DNA of 13,829 nucleotides from a bacterium. Its GTDB lineage: Bacteria > Oederibacteriota > Muellerivitia > Muellerivitales > Muellerivitaceae. Below are positions 1 through 6,694 of the stretch, piece by piece (the stretch's first letter is position 1; the number at the start of each line of letters is the position of its first letter). The position numbers were made by a program, and so were the translations under genes. The stretch is taken from positions 1 through 13,829 of the forward strand of contig DATKNU010000210.1 in assembly GCA_035541195.1 (NCBI GenBank), in the 5' to 3' direction. The notes below the pieces were generated by a model, which was given only the letters and a program-made list of their open reading frames with translations, made no database searches and was not told where the DNA came from.

Positions 1-328
1 CACTCGCGCCTGACCGAGGCGGCCTTCAGCCGGTTGGTGACCACCCGGTCCTCGCCCCAAACCAGTGAATTCTTAGTGAAGACATAAGGCCTAGGGGACA
101 GTCCCTTCAGGGCTTTGCCCACCACCTCTTCCGAATGGCCCCGGCCATAGGCGGGGGCGGTGTCGATCCAGTTGATCCCCTTCTCAACCGCCCTTTGGAT
201 GGCCGCGATGGAATCGCCGTCGTCCTGCGGCCCCCAGTTGTAGTTGCCGTCCGGGCCGCCGATGGCCCAAGTGCCCACTCCCAAGGGTGAAATGTTCAGG
301 TCGGAATTGCCAAGTTGACGCTTTTTCA
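1..328 (-). CDS. Aldo/keto reductase family oxidoreductase (5' portion; 3' end lies beyond the left window edge)
   Basis: I translated the minus strand by hand: (TTG)KKRQLGNSDLNISPLGVGTWAIGGPDGNYNWGPQDDGDSIAAIQRAVEKGINWIDTAPAYGRGHSEEVVGKALKGLSPRPYVFTKNSLVWGEDRVVTNRLKAASVRRE..., with no stops to the window edge. This is the classic AKR N-terminus (LG.G.W..GG ... IDTAxxYG ... E..VGKAL). The start is TTG at 326-328(c), preceded by AAGGA with a 6-nt spacer; an in-frame TAA lies 4 codons upstream. The ORF track does not list it because it is an edge-truncated, TTG-start ORF. Confidence 0.75.
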
Positions 329-389
329 AGGTGGATCCTTAAGTAAAATTGTGGGGAAAAAATTAAGCCGCATCCGAGCCGACGCCCGG

Positions 390-938
390 TTACATCGGCC
401 TGAAATTCAAAAGCACCCCGTCAAACAGCTTCTCGGCCATCTTTCCCGGATCCCAATCGGGGGTGGGCGTGCCCAAGATGGAAGGCTCCACCGCGTTCAG
501 TACCCCCACCCAATAATATTGGCGGGTCTTGCTGAGGGCCACATAGGTGACCGTCACCAAGGCATGACCCGCCCCCCGGTCATCGTCGACGGTCTTTTCG
601 AACTTGAGCCCCCCCGCCACCAGGAACCCCGTGGGTTCCTCATCGCTGTCCAAGGGGACATCCGCCACCCCGTTATGGACAGGGGTGGTTTCAAGCGTCA
701 GGGTCATTTCGGCAATAATGGCGGTTTCGGGCCAGGTCAGCTTAAAGGAACAATCCCCCAGGCTTTCCCATTTCACCCCTTTGGGATAGCGCAGCCAATA
801 GCCGCAGGCCTTGTTAGAGACCGTTTCCCAAACCGCCGCCGAGGCCTTGTTTGCCGCGGGCGCCGGGGTGGGCGTCTGGGCCGTCACTTCCGGAACCATC
901 CATAGGAGCCCCAATAGAACCATCAGAAACCGAATCAT
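390..938 (-). CDS. Hypothetical exported protein (Sec signal peptide, 2 Cys)
   Basis: 182-aa ORF. The N-terminus MIRFLMVLLGLLWMVPEVTAQTPTP is a signal peptide with an A-x-A-like cleavage site (VTA|Q). GC3 is high, matching the flanking genes. The ATG at 936-938(c) is preceded by AAAAGG. The gene lies 9 nt downstream of the glpK stop on the same strand, so it is probably co-transcribed. I recognise no family. The overlapping plus-strand ORF 315-905 is R/G/P/H-rich antisense noise. Confidence 0.6.
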   Translation of the reverse strand: MIRFLMVLLGLLWMVPEVTAQTPTPAPAANKASAAVWETVSNKACGYWLRYPKGVKWESLGDCSFKLTWPETAIIAEMTLTLETTPVHNGVADVPLDSDEEPTGFLVAGGLKFEKTVDDDRGAGHALVTVTYVALSKTRQYYWVGVLNAVEPSILGTPTPDWDPGKMAEKLFDGVLLNFRPM

Positions 939-947
939 GTTGGCCTT

Positions 948-2435
948 TTACTTGGTGGTTAAAACTTGTCCGACGGCCTTTTTCCAACCCGCCCAGAGCC
1001 GGGCCCGGTCGGCCGGTTTCATCTTGGGGGTGAAGACCCTGTCCACCCGGCGAATCTTTTGGATCTCGCCGGCGTTTTTCCAAAATCCCGCCGCCAACCC
1101 CGCCAAATAAGCCGCGCCCATGGCCGTCGTCTCCACCACCTTGGGACGGTTGATGCGCGCGGGCAGGATGTCCGCCTGGAACTGCATGAGCAGGTTGTTC
1201 CGGCAGGCGCCGCCGTCCACTCGCAGTTCCTTGAGCTTTAAATGGGAGTCCTTCAGCATGGCGTCCACCAGGTCCCGGGTTTGATAGCCCATGGATTCCA
1301 GCGCGGCCCTCACCACATGGGCCCGATGGGTCCCCCGGGTGAGGCCCACCAAGGCGCCCCTGGCATGGGGATCCCAATAGGGCGCGCCCAGGCCCACAAA
1401 GGCCGGCACCAGGTAAACCCCGCCGGTATCCTTCACCCCCGCGGCCACCCGCTCGGACTCGGGCGAGGTCTTCACCAAGCCCAGCCCATCCCGAATCCAC
1501 TGCACCGCCGCGCCCCCAATGAAGACCGCCCCTTCGAGGGCATAGACCGGCTGGCCTTTCGCGTCGCAAGCCAAGGTCGTCAGAAGCTTGTTCTTGGAGA
1601 CCAGGAATTTTTGGCCGAGGTTTAAAAGCAGGAAGCAGCCCGTGCCATAGGTGTTTTTGAGGGTTCCCGGTTCATGGCAACCCTGGCCGAAAAGGGCCGC
1701 CTGCTGGTCCCCCGCGATGCCCGTGATGGGGATGCCGGCGCCCAGGTAACCTTTGGCCGAGGTCGCGCCGAAAAGCCCCGAGGAAGCCTGGACCTTGGGC
1801 AAGAGCGGCGCCGGCACATGAAGGATTTCCAAAAGCCGGGGATCCCACCGTTTCTCCCGGATGTTGTAAAGCAAAGTCCTGGAGGCGTTGGTGTGGTCGG
1901 TGGCGTGGACTTTGCCGCCGGTGAGTTTCCAAAGAAGCCAGCTGTCGACGGTGCCGAAGGCCAATTGCCCCCTGGCGGCCTTGGCCCGCGCGCCCGGCAC
2001 ATGATCGAGGAGCCACTCCACCTTGGTGCCCGAAAAATAAGCGTCCACCAGGAGGCCCGTCTTTTGCTGGAAGAGCTTGCCGTGGCGTTTTTTCAGTTCG
2101 TCGCTTCGGCGCGCCGTGCGGCGGCATTGCCACACGATGGCCCGGTGGATGGGCTTGCCGGTCCCGCGGTCCCAGAGCACCGTGGTTTCCCTTTGGTTGG
2201 TGATGCCGACGGCGGCCACCGAGGAGGGCTTCACGCCCGCGGCCTTCAGCGCTTTTTGGCCCGTCGCCTCGACGGTCTGCCAGATTTCAGAGGCGTCATG
2301 TTCCACCCAGCCGGGCTGGGGGAAATATTGGGTGAACTCTTGGTAGGCGCTTCCCGCCACTTTGCCCGCCCGGTCAAAAAGGTAGGTGCGGGTACCCGTG
2401 GTGCCTTGGTCGATGGCGAGGATAAATTTGGACAT
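948..2435 (-). CDS. glpK: Glycerol kinase
   Basis: The protein MSKFILAIDQGTTGTRTYLFD...EFTQYFPQPGWVEHDASEIW...GITNQRETTVLWDR...YALEGAVFIGGAAVQWLRD... is an unmistakable FGGY-family glycerol kinase, 495 aa. The track ORF (948-2588) extends 51 codons upstream of the true start. I place the start at ATG 2433-2435(c), which has a perfect AGGAGG 4 nt upstream (TTTTTAGGAGGTTTTATG) and matches the GlpK N-terminus MSK..LAIDQGTTSSR. Confidence 0.95.
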   Translation of the reverse strand: MSKFILAIDQGTTGTRTYLFDRAGKVAGSAYQEFTQYFPQPGWVEHDASEIWQTVEATGQKALKAAGVKPSSVAAVGITNQRETTVLWDRGTGKPIHRAIVWQCRRTARRSDELKKRHGKLFQQKTGLLVDAYFSGTKVEWLLDHVPGARAKAARGQLAFGTVDSWLLWKLTGGKVHATDHTNASRTLLYNIREKRWDPRLLEILHVPAPLLPKVQASSGLFGATSAKGYLGAGIPITGIAGDQQAALFGQGCHEPGTLKNTYGTGCFLLLNLGQKFLVSKNKLLTTLACDAKGQPVYALEGAVFIGGAAVQWIRDGLGLVKTSPESERVAAGVKDTGGVYLVPAFVGLGAPYWDPHARGALVGLTRGTHRAHVVRAALESMGYQTRDLVDAMLKDSHLKLKELRVDGGACRNNLLMQFQADILPARINRPKVVETTAMGAAYLAGLAAGFWKNAGEIQKIRRVDRVFTPKMKPADRARLWAGWKKAVGQVLTTK

Positions 2436-2467
2436 AAAACCTCCTAAAAAGTTGAGCCCTATCTCAC

Positions 2468-2483
2468 CACCAAGACACCAAGA
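2468..2483. repeat. Left inverted-repeat arm: two tandem copies of the octamer CACCAAGA (CACCAAGACACCAAGA)
   Basis: Read directly from the sequence: 2468-2482 CACCAAGACACCAAG is the exact reverse complement of 2900-2914 CTTGGTGTCTTGGTG, a 15/15-bp match. The arm lies 33 nt upstream of the glpK start codon, at the left boundary of the AT-rich island. Confidence 0.85.
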
Positions 2484-2517
2484 AAAGCCAAACAAAAATA
2501 AAATTCGGAATCTATGC

Positions 2518-2850
2518 TCACTGGCCCTTCTTGTTTTTACGGTTTCGCTTTTGGTTACACTTTGAACAAAGCGCTCGCAAATTCGCAAGTGCGTGGCACT
2601 TCACATAAGCTATATGGAGCGGCACCTTACTATCGGCAAACGACTTTACCGTTCTTATATGATCAACATGTAATTCACTCGGTTTTAAGATCTTTTTACA
2701 ATCCGCACAACAGTTTTTCTGTTTCTTCAGCAGATCTTCTATCTTTTTTCTTCCATGATACTTTCTCACATTCAGAGTTCGTAGTACGTGGTAGCGAAAT
2801 CTTTCTGGCGGGAGAATGTCATCGTCAAATTTATAGGTCCGTAGTTTCAT
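2518..2850 (-). CDS. Stand-alone HNH endonuclease (zinc-finger HNH nuclease, 110 aa)
   Basis: MKLRTYKFDDDILPPERFRYHVLRTLNVRKYHGRKKIEDLLKKQKNCCADCKKILKPSELHVDHIRTVKSFADSKVPLHIAYVKCHALANLRALCSKCNQKRNRKNKKGQ. The HNH signature is present: a C-x2-C pair (CADC), then H-V-D-H-I, a conserved N (ANL), and a second C-x2-C (CSKC), where Asn replaces the usual final His (CSKCN). A Lys/Arg-rich tail follows. I prefer the start at ATG 2848-2850(c), which is preceded by AAGGAAGG with a 4-nt spacer. The track ORF begins 10 codons earlier at a TTG. Confidence 0.8.
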   Translation of the reverse strand: MKLRTYKFDDDILPPERFRYHVLRTLNVRKYHGRKKIEDLLKKQKNCCADCKKILKPSELHVDHIRTVKSFADSKVPLHIAYVKCHALANLRALCSKCNQKRNRKNKKGQ

Positions 2851-2898
2851 TTCGCCTTCCTTTTGTTTTCGTCCTCCCAAGAATTCGACTTTGCAGTC

Positions 2899-2922
2899 CT
2901 TGGTGTCTTGGTGCCTTGGCGG
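2899..2922. repeat. Right inverted-repeat arm: three tandem octamers CCTTGGTG-TCTTGGTG-CCTTGGCG (reverse complement of CACCAAGG/CACCAAGA/CGCCAAGG)
   Basis: Read directly from the sequence. The array starts 35 nt after the M48 stop codon (as read on the minus strand) and sits just upstream of the HNH gene RBS. It pairs perfectly over 15 bp with the left arm, 417 bp away. Confidence 0.85.
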
Positions 2923-2933
2923 TGAAAAGAGAT

Positions 2934-4058
2934 TTATTTCAAAGAAATTTGGACTTGTTTCCAGTCGATACCGGCAAAAAGTTTCGGATTTTTAGGTTCC
3001 AAAGTCTTCGATAAGTCTTCCAAAGCCGCCACCCGGTCCCGGCTCGCCGGGTGGTCCGACAGGAAGGCCGCGGCTTTCCCGCCCATCATTCCCTGTTCTT
3101 GGGCCAAACGGGCGAAAAAATCCTCCAAGGGTTTTACCGGTAGGTTGGCCCGGGCCAAAAGCCTGGCCCCGTCCAAATCCGCCTCTGATTCCTGTCCCCG
3201 GCTGAAGGATAGGTTCAAAACTTTTCCAGCCTCGTCGGCCAAAACCGCGAAACCGCCATGGCCGAATAAAAGGGCGATCCAAAGCTTCATGCCCAATTGC
3301 TCCACGGTGCGGCGCACCACGTGCCGGTGCAGCACATGCTGAAGTTCGTGGGCCAAGACCCCCGCCACTTCCTCGGGGCTTTGGGCTTGTTCCACCAAGC
3401 CGGTCAAAAGAAAAATCTCGCCCCCGGGCAAGGCGAAAGCGTTCACTTCGGGGTTTTGAAGGACGTGGATTTGAAAATGATAGCCCGGATTATCGGGGAT
3501 CGAGGCCGTCAACCGGGCCAGGATGGTTTGCGCCGCGTCAACCACGGGGCCCGATTCCACCACCTTGGCTTGGGCCATCTCGCTTTGGGCTTGAACCTCG
3601 CCCCAAGCCGCTTCCATGTCCAAGGGCAGGTGCTTGGCCGCGAAGTCCGCCGCGAAATGGCCCAAGGCCCAATAGCCGCCGAAAAAGAGGGCGGCCGCGC
3701 CTGAGGCGGCCAAGAGCAGGTTGCGCCATTTGGCGGCGAGGATGCTTCGGTGTTGTTTTTTGAAGTTCAGCAGGAAGCTTTTGTGGGGCTCGGGCAGTTT
3801 CAGGGCCAAGGCCCCCCGAAAATCCGGGTCTTGGACGATCAGGCTGCCGTTGAATTCCGCCCCGGGGGCGGAAGACTTAATCTTGAGGAATCCGCCGTCC
3901 TCGCCCGTGTGGGCCAATTCCAGGCTCCGGTAAGCCCACTGGAAAACCGGGCCTTCCTCGATTTGGCCCTCCAGGCCCAGCGGCCCCAGGCTCAGGCGGC
4001 AGGCCTGGGCCCCGCCCCGTCCGTCCGATCGATAAGCGGCCGCGGGGTAATCGCCCAT
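2934..4058 (-). CDS. M48-family zinc metallopeptidase (HtpX/Ste24-like) with an approximately 110-aa N-terminal extension and a TM segment
   Basis: The motifs HELQHVLHRH (HExxH) and the downstream GQESEADLDG (ExxxD) are typical of peptidase M48. A hydrophobic segment LLLAASGAAALFFGGYWALGHF precedes the catalytic domain. The track ORF starts with GTG at 4061. I prefer the adjacent ATG at 4056-4058(c), which is preceded by AGGGG. The gene lies 9 nt downstream of the GlsB/YeaQ gene stop. Confidence 0.85.
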   Translation of the reverse strand: MGDYPAAAYRSDGRGGAQACRLSLGPLGLEGQIEEGPVFQWAYRSLELAHTGEDGGFLKIKSSAPGAEFNGSLIVQDPDFRGALALKLPEPHKSFLLNFKKQHRSILAAKWRNLLLAASGAAALFFGGYWALGHFAADFAAKHLPLDMEAAWGEVQAQSEMAQAKVVESGPVVDAAQTILARLTASIPDNPGYHFQIHVLQNPEVNAFALPGGEIFLLTGLVEQAQSPEEVAGVLAHELQHVLHRHVVRRTVEQLGMKLWIALLFGHGGFAVLADEAGKVLNLSFSRGQESEADLDGARLLARANLPVKPLEDFFARLAQEQGMMGGKAAAFLSDHPASRDRVAALEDLSKTLEPKNPKLFAGIDWKQVQISLK

Positions 4059-4067
4059 CACCGGCCC

Positions 4068-4310
4068 CTATTTCGACCGGATGAGCCGAAGCACCACGAG
4101 CAAAACCACCGCGCCCAAGACCGACATGCCTAAGGCGCTCCAAAAACCGTCGATGTTGACGTGCAGGAAGCTCGACAGGTAACTGCCGATCAGGGCGCCC
4201 AGGATGCCCACCACCATGTTGCCGATAAGCCCCAGGCCCTCGCCCACTAAAAAGCCGGCCAACCAGCCGATGATGACGCCGATGATGACGACCCAGATGA
4301 GTTGATGCAT
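4068..4310 (-). CDS. GlsB/YeaQ/YmgE-family stress-response membrane protein (transglycosylase-associated protein)
   Basis: The 80-aa protein MHQLIWVVIIGVIIGWLAGFLVGEGLGLIGNMVVGILGALIGSYL... is the characteristic Gly-rich two/three-TM GlsB/YeaQ/YmgE signature. The ATG at 4308-4310(c) has AAGGAG 7 nt upstream. Confidence 0.85.
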   Translation of the reverse strand: MHQLIWVVIIGVIIGWLAGFLVGEGLGLIGNMVVGILGALIGSYLSSFLHVNIDGFWSALGMSVLGAVVLLVVLRLIRSK

Positions 4311-4342
4311 GAAAGGCTCCTTCGGGAAATTTTAACGGCCCT

Positions 4343-4348
4343 ATTATA
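4343..4348 (-). promoter_or_regulatory. Candidate -10 hexamer TATAAT upstream of the GlsB/YeaQ gene
   Basis: The minus strand reads GCTTATAATAGGGCCG, a perfect TATAAT about 35 nt upstream of the ATG at 4310, in the 47-nt gap after the MFS stop. There is no convincing -35, so this is speculative. Confidence 0.3.
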
Positions 4349-4357
4349 AGCGAAAGC

Positions 4358-5578
4358 TCAGCGCGCCCGCGCCTTTCGGTAGTTCATGAGGGAAAGGGAC
4401 GCCGCCAGGGCCAAAATAAGCGCCGCCAGGTAAAAGGGGGCGCCCGGCAGTTGGGGCGAGCGGCCCGGCGCGATGAAGAAAGCGTACACCGAGGTGAAAA
4501 GCCCCGGGGCCAGGAGCTCCGAAAGGGCCCGGATGGAGCCATTGGCGCCCTGGAGCCTTCCTTGCTCCGAATGCCCAACCCTTTGGGACATGAGGCTTTG
4601 AAGCGGCGAGCCCGCCAGGCCCCAAAGGGCCATCAAGGGAATGGCGCACCAAAAGGCCCATCCGACAGAGGCGGTGCCGAAGGCCGTGAAGCCCAGGATG
4701 CCGAAAAGGAAGCCCAGCAAAAGCGACTTCCATTCGCCGATGCTTTTGACCACCGGCCGGATGAGGCCGCCCTGGACCACGCCGGTGAAAATGCCCACCA
4801 ACATCAAGGTGAAACCCACTTGTTTCGGGTCCCAACCGTAACGATAGCCCCCATAAAGCACGAAGACGCTCGACAGCACGCCATGGGCCAGGTAATTGAG
4901 GAACTGCAGGAAGGCCAATCCCGATAGCTCGGGATGGGACTTGAGCAGGACCAGTGAGCCCACCGGGTTCGATTTTTTCCAGCTGAAGGCCGCCCGCCGG
5001 GAAGCTTTCAGGGATTCGGGCAGGATGAAATAACCATAGAGGAAATTCAGCAGGCTCAAGGTCCCCGCCACCCAAAAGGGCAGCCGCGGAGAGATGGAAC
5101 CCAGCCATCCGCCCACCCCCGGCCCCACCACAAACCCCAGGCTGAAAGCCGCGCCCAAAATCCCGAAACCCGCCGCCCTTTGCTTGGGGCTGGTGGAATC
5201 GGCGATATAAGCGAAGGCCGTCACCACGCTGGAGGCGGTGAGCCCCGAGAGGACCCGCCCCACCAAAAGCCATCCCGTGGTGGGCGCCAGGGCCATGACG
5301 ATGTAATCCAGCCCCATCCCCAAGCAGGAGATCAAAAGTACGGGCCGGCGTCCGAAGCGGTCCGAGATGGAACCGATGAGCGGCGAAAAGAGGAATTGCA
5401 TCAAGGCGAAGAGCGTGCCGAAAAGGCCGTAGACCAGCGCCCCATGCGCGGGGTCGCCGCCCGAAAGGCTCACCACCAGCCGGGGCAGGATGGGGATGAT
5501 GATGCCCAGGCCCAACATGTCCAAAAGCACCACCACGAAGATGAAGGTCAAGGCATGGTTGGACTTTGTCTTTTTCAA
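4358..5578 (-). CDS. MFS transporter, TetA/TCR (DHA1) family-like
   Basis: 406 aa with 12 predicted TM segments. The N-terminus ...LTFIFVVVLLDMLGLGIIIPILPRL aligns with TetA-type MFS proteins (ITLLDAMGIGLIMPVLP), and a DRFGRRPVLL motif is present. The start is TTG at 5576-5578(c), preceded by GGGGAG with a 5-nt spacer. The overlapping 423-aa ORF 4344-5615 is an out-of-frame artefact. Confidence 0.85.
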   Translation of the reverse strand: MKKTKSNHALTFIFVVVLLDMLGLGIIIPILPRLVVSLSGGDPAHGALVYGLFGTLFALMQFLFSPLIGSISDRFGRRPVLLISCLGMGLDYIVMALAPTTGWLLVGRVLSGLTASSVVTAFAYIADSTSPKQRAAGFGILGAAFSLGFVVGPGVGGWLGSISPRLPFWVAGTLSLLNFLYGYFILPESLKASRRAAFSWKKSNPVGSLVLLKSHPELSGLAFLQFLNYLAHGVLSSVFVLYGGYRYGWDPKQVGFTLMLVGIFTGVVQGGLIRPVVKSIGEWKSLLLGFLFGILGFTAFGTASVGWAFWCAIPLMALWGLAGSPLQSLMSQRVGHSEQGRLQGANGSIRALSELLAPGLFTSVYAFFIAPGRSPQLPGAPFYLAALILALAASLSLMNYRKARAR

Positions 5579-5610
5579 CGCTTCTCCCCATGAACAAGTT
5601 CTGAAACCCG

Positions 5611-5644
5611 GACAAAAGAAAGCCGTCCCCCCGCGGGGGACGGC
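5611..5644 (-). terminator. Rho-independent terminator downstream of the SPFH gene
   Basis: The minus strand reads GCCGTCCCCC-GCG-GGGGGACGGC, a perfect 10-bp GC stem with a 3-nt loop, followed immediately by TTTCTTTTGTC. The hairpin begins 19 nt after the stop codon at 5664-5666. Confidence 0.8.
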
Positions 5645-5663
5645 TCGGCGAGACCCGCCCCCC

Positions 5664-6533
5664 TTAAGGTTTGGCGTCGATCGTCTTGCTCTTGACGTAA
5701 GCGGACAGGTTGTCGACCGCCTCCAGCATGTTCACCGGCACGGCCAAAACCACGGTATTGGAGGCCGTGGGGCCCAGGCCGTCGATGGTCTGCAGGGTTC
5801 GAAGCTGCATGGCGCCGGGGCTGGCGGCCATGGTCTGGGCCGCGGCGGCCAAGTTGACGGCGGCCTCGCGGTCGCCCTCGGCCTTGGTGATGGTGGCGCG
5901 TTTTTCCCGCTCGGCGGAGGCCTGCCGGGACATCATCTTCTTGAGTTCCTCGGGCATGTTGATGTCCTGGATGCGGATGCCGGTGACTTCCAGGCCCCAG
6001 TCCTTGGTGTCGTTCTCCACCGTCGTCTCGATGGCCTTGCCGATGGCCTCGCGCTCGCCCAAGAGCTGGTCCAAGGTCATTTGGCCGATGACGTCCCGCA
6101 GCGAAGTCTGGGCATATTGCAGGATGGCGTAGCGGTAATCCTGCACCTTGATGACCGCGTCCGCCGGTTCATCCACCTTGAAGAAGATGACCCCGTTGAT
6201 GGTGACCGGCACGTTGTCCTTGGTGATGACCTGCTGGGCCGGGATGTCGGTGGTGCGGATGCGCATGTCCACGAAGGTCACTTGGTCCAAAATGGGGATG
6301 ACCAGGAAAAGGCCTGGGCCTTTCATGGCGCTGAACTTGCCCAGGCGGAAGACCACGCCCTTTTCCCATTGGGCGGCCATCTTAAGGCCCGAGCAGACGA
6401 TGAAGTCCAAAAACAGCCAAGCCACGAAAGCGGCGGCGCCGAAACCGGGGCTGACCATCATGATCGGGAAGCAAACCGCGCCCCCTAAAATCAGCAGGAC
6501 GGTGAATAGTAAAGCCGAGACGCTGTTGATCAT
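5664..6533 (-). CDS. SPFH domain / band-7 family protein (stomatin/prohibitin-like)
   Basis: 289 aa. An N-terminal membrane anchor is followed by ...WEKGVVFRLGKFSAMKGPGLFLVIPILDQVTFVDMRIRTTDIPAQQVITKDNVPVTINGVIFFKV...TSLRDVIGQMTLDQLL..., the canonical SPFH/band-7 core, and then a coiled-coil tail. The ATG at 6531-6533(c) has GAGGTG upstream. Confidence 0.9.
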   Translation of the reverse strand: MINSVSALLFTVLLILGGAVCFPIMMVSPGFGAAAFVAWLFLDFIVCSGLKMAAQWEKGVVFRLGKFSAMKGPGLFLVIPILDQVTFVDMRIRTTDIPAQQVITKDNVPVTINGVIFFKVDEPADAVIKVQDYRYAILQYAQTSLRDVIGQMTLDQLLGEREAIGKAIETTVENDTKDWGLEVTGIRIQDINMPEELKKMMSRQASAEREKRATITKAEGDREAAVNLAAAAQTMAASPGAMQLRTLQTIDGLGPTASNTVVLAVPVNMLEAVDNLSAYVKSKTIDAKP

Positions 6534-6633
6534 AGGACACCTCGAAAAAGGATAAAGACCCGCTTAGCCTACAGGGTTTAGGCCCTTTTTTTAACCCCCT
6601 TGGGGAAAGCCCCGGGATTTTTACGGGGATGGG

Positions 6634-6673
6634 GCCTAAATAAAAAGGCCCGATTCCTTCAGGAACCGGGCCC
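6634..6673 (-). terminator. Rho-independent terminator downstream of the outer-membrane protein gene
   Basis: The minus strand reads GGCCCGGTTCC-TGAA-GGAATCGGGCC, an 11-bp stem (one G-U pair) with a tetraloop, followed by TTTTTATTTAGG. It begins about 21 nt after the TAA at 6695-6697. Confidence 0.75.
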
Positions 6674-6694
6674 ACGGCGTTTGCGGTTAATGAA

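Larger units (their letters stand above)
2468..2922 (-). mobile_element. Putative HNH-endonuclease cassette: AT-rich (about 40% GC) insert bounded by inverted CACCAAGA-octamer arrays
   Basis: Composition in this interval drops sharply (for example, 2641-2760 is about 35% GC against about 65% in the flanks). Its only ORF is a stand-alone HNH nuclease. Its ends are perfect 15-bp inverted repeats made of iterated octamers, a terminal-repeat architecture like that of small mobile or selfish elements. I could not identify a target-site duplication, and no transposase is present, so the call is tentative. Confidence 0.4.

Noticed and set aside
329-389. T-tract (TTAATTTTTT) after the exported-protein stop, as a possible terminator
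   Set aside because: I could not find a convincing GC-rich stem immediately upstream of the T-tract. It may instead be part of the AKR promoter/UP-element region, so I left it uncalled.
315-905. 196-aa plus-strand ORF
   Set aside because: It is Arg/Gly/Pro/His-rich and low-complexity, and it lies entirely antisense to the signal-peptide-bearing minus-strand gene 390-938. It is a typical shadow ORF of high-GC DNA.
1674-2447. 257-aa plus-strand ORF and other ORFs overlapping glpK (966-1241, 1242-1625, 1622-2002, 1672-2133, 2077-2346)
   Set aside because: All lie inside or antisense to the unambiguous glycerol kinase gene, have biased GRPA-rich composition, and match no recognisable family.
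2514-3014. 166-aa plus-strand ORF across the AT-rich island
   Set aside because: It is antisense to the HNH gene. It has no RBS and an odd F/S/L-rich composition driven by the AT-rich antisense strand.
4344-5615. 423-aa minus-strand ORF overlapping the MFS transporter
   Set aside because: It is the same strand but an alternative frame of the MFS gene. It is Gly/Pro/Arg/His-rich with no TM pattern, whereas the 4358-5578 frame encodes a clean 12-TM Tet-like MFS protein.
5490-6488. 332-aa plus-strand ORF (also 5710-6132 and 6148-6555)
   Set aside because: Antisense to the SPFH/band-7 gene and the MFS start region; low-complexity composition.
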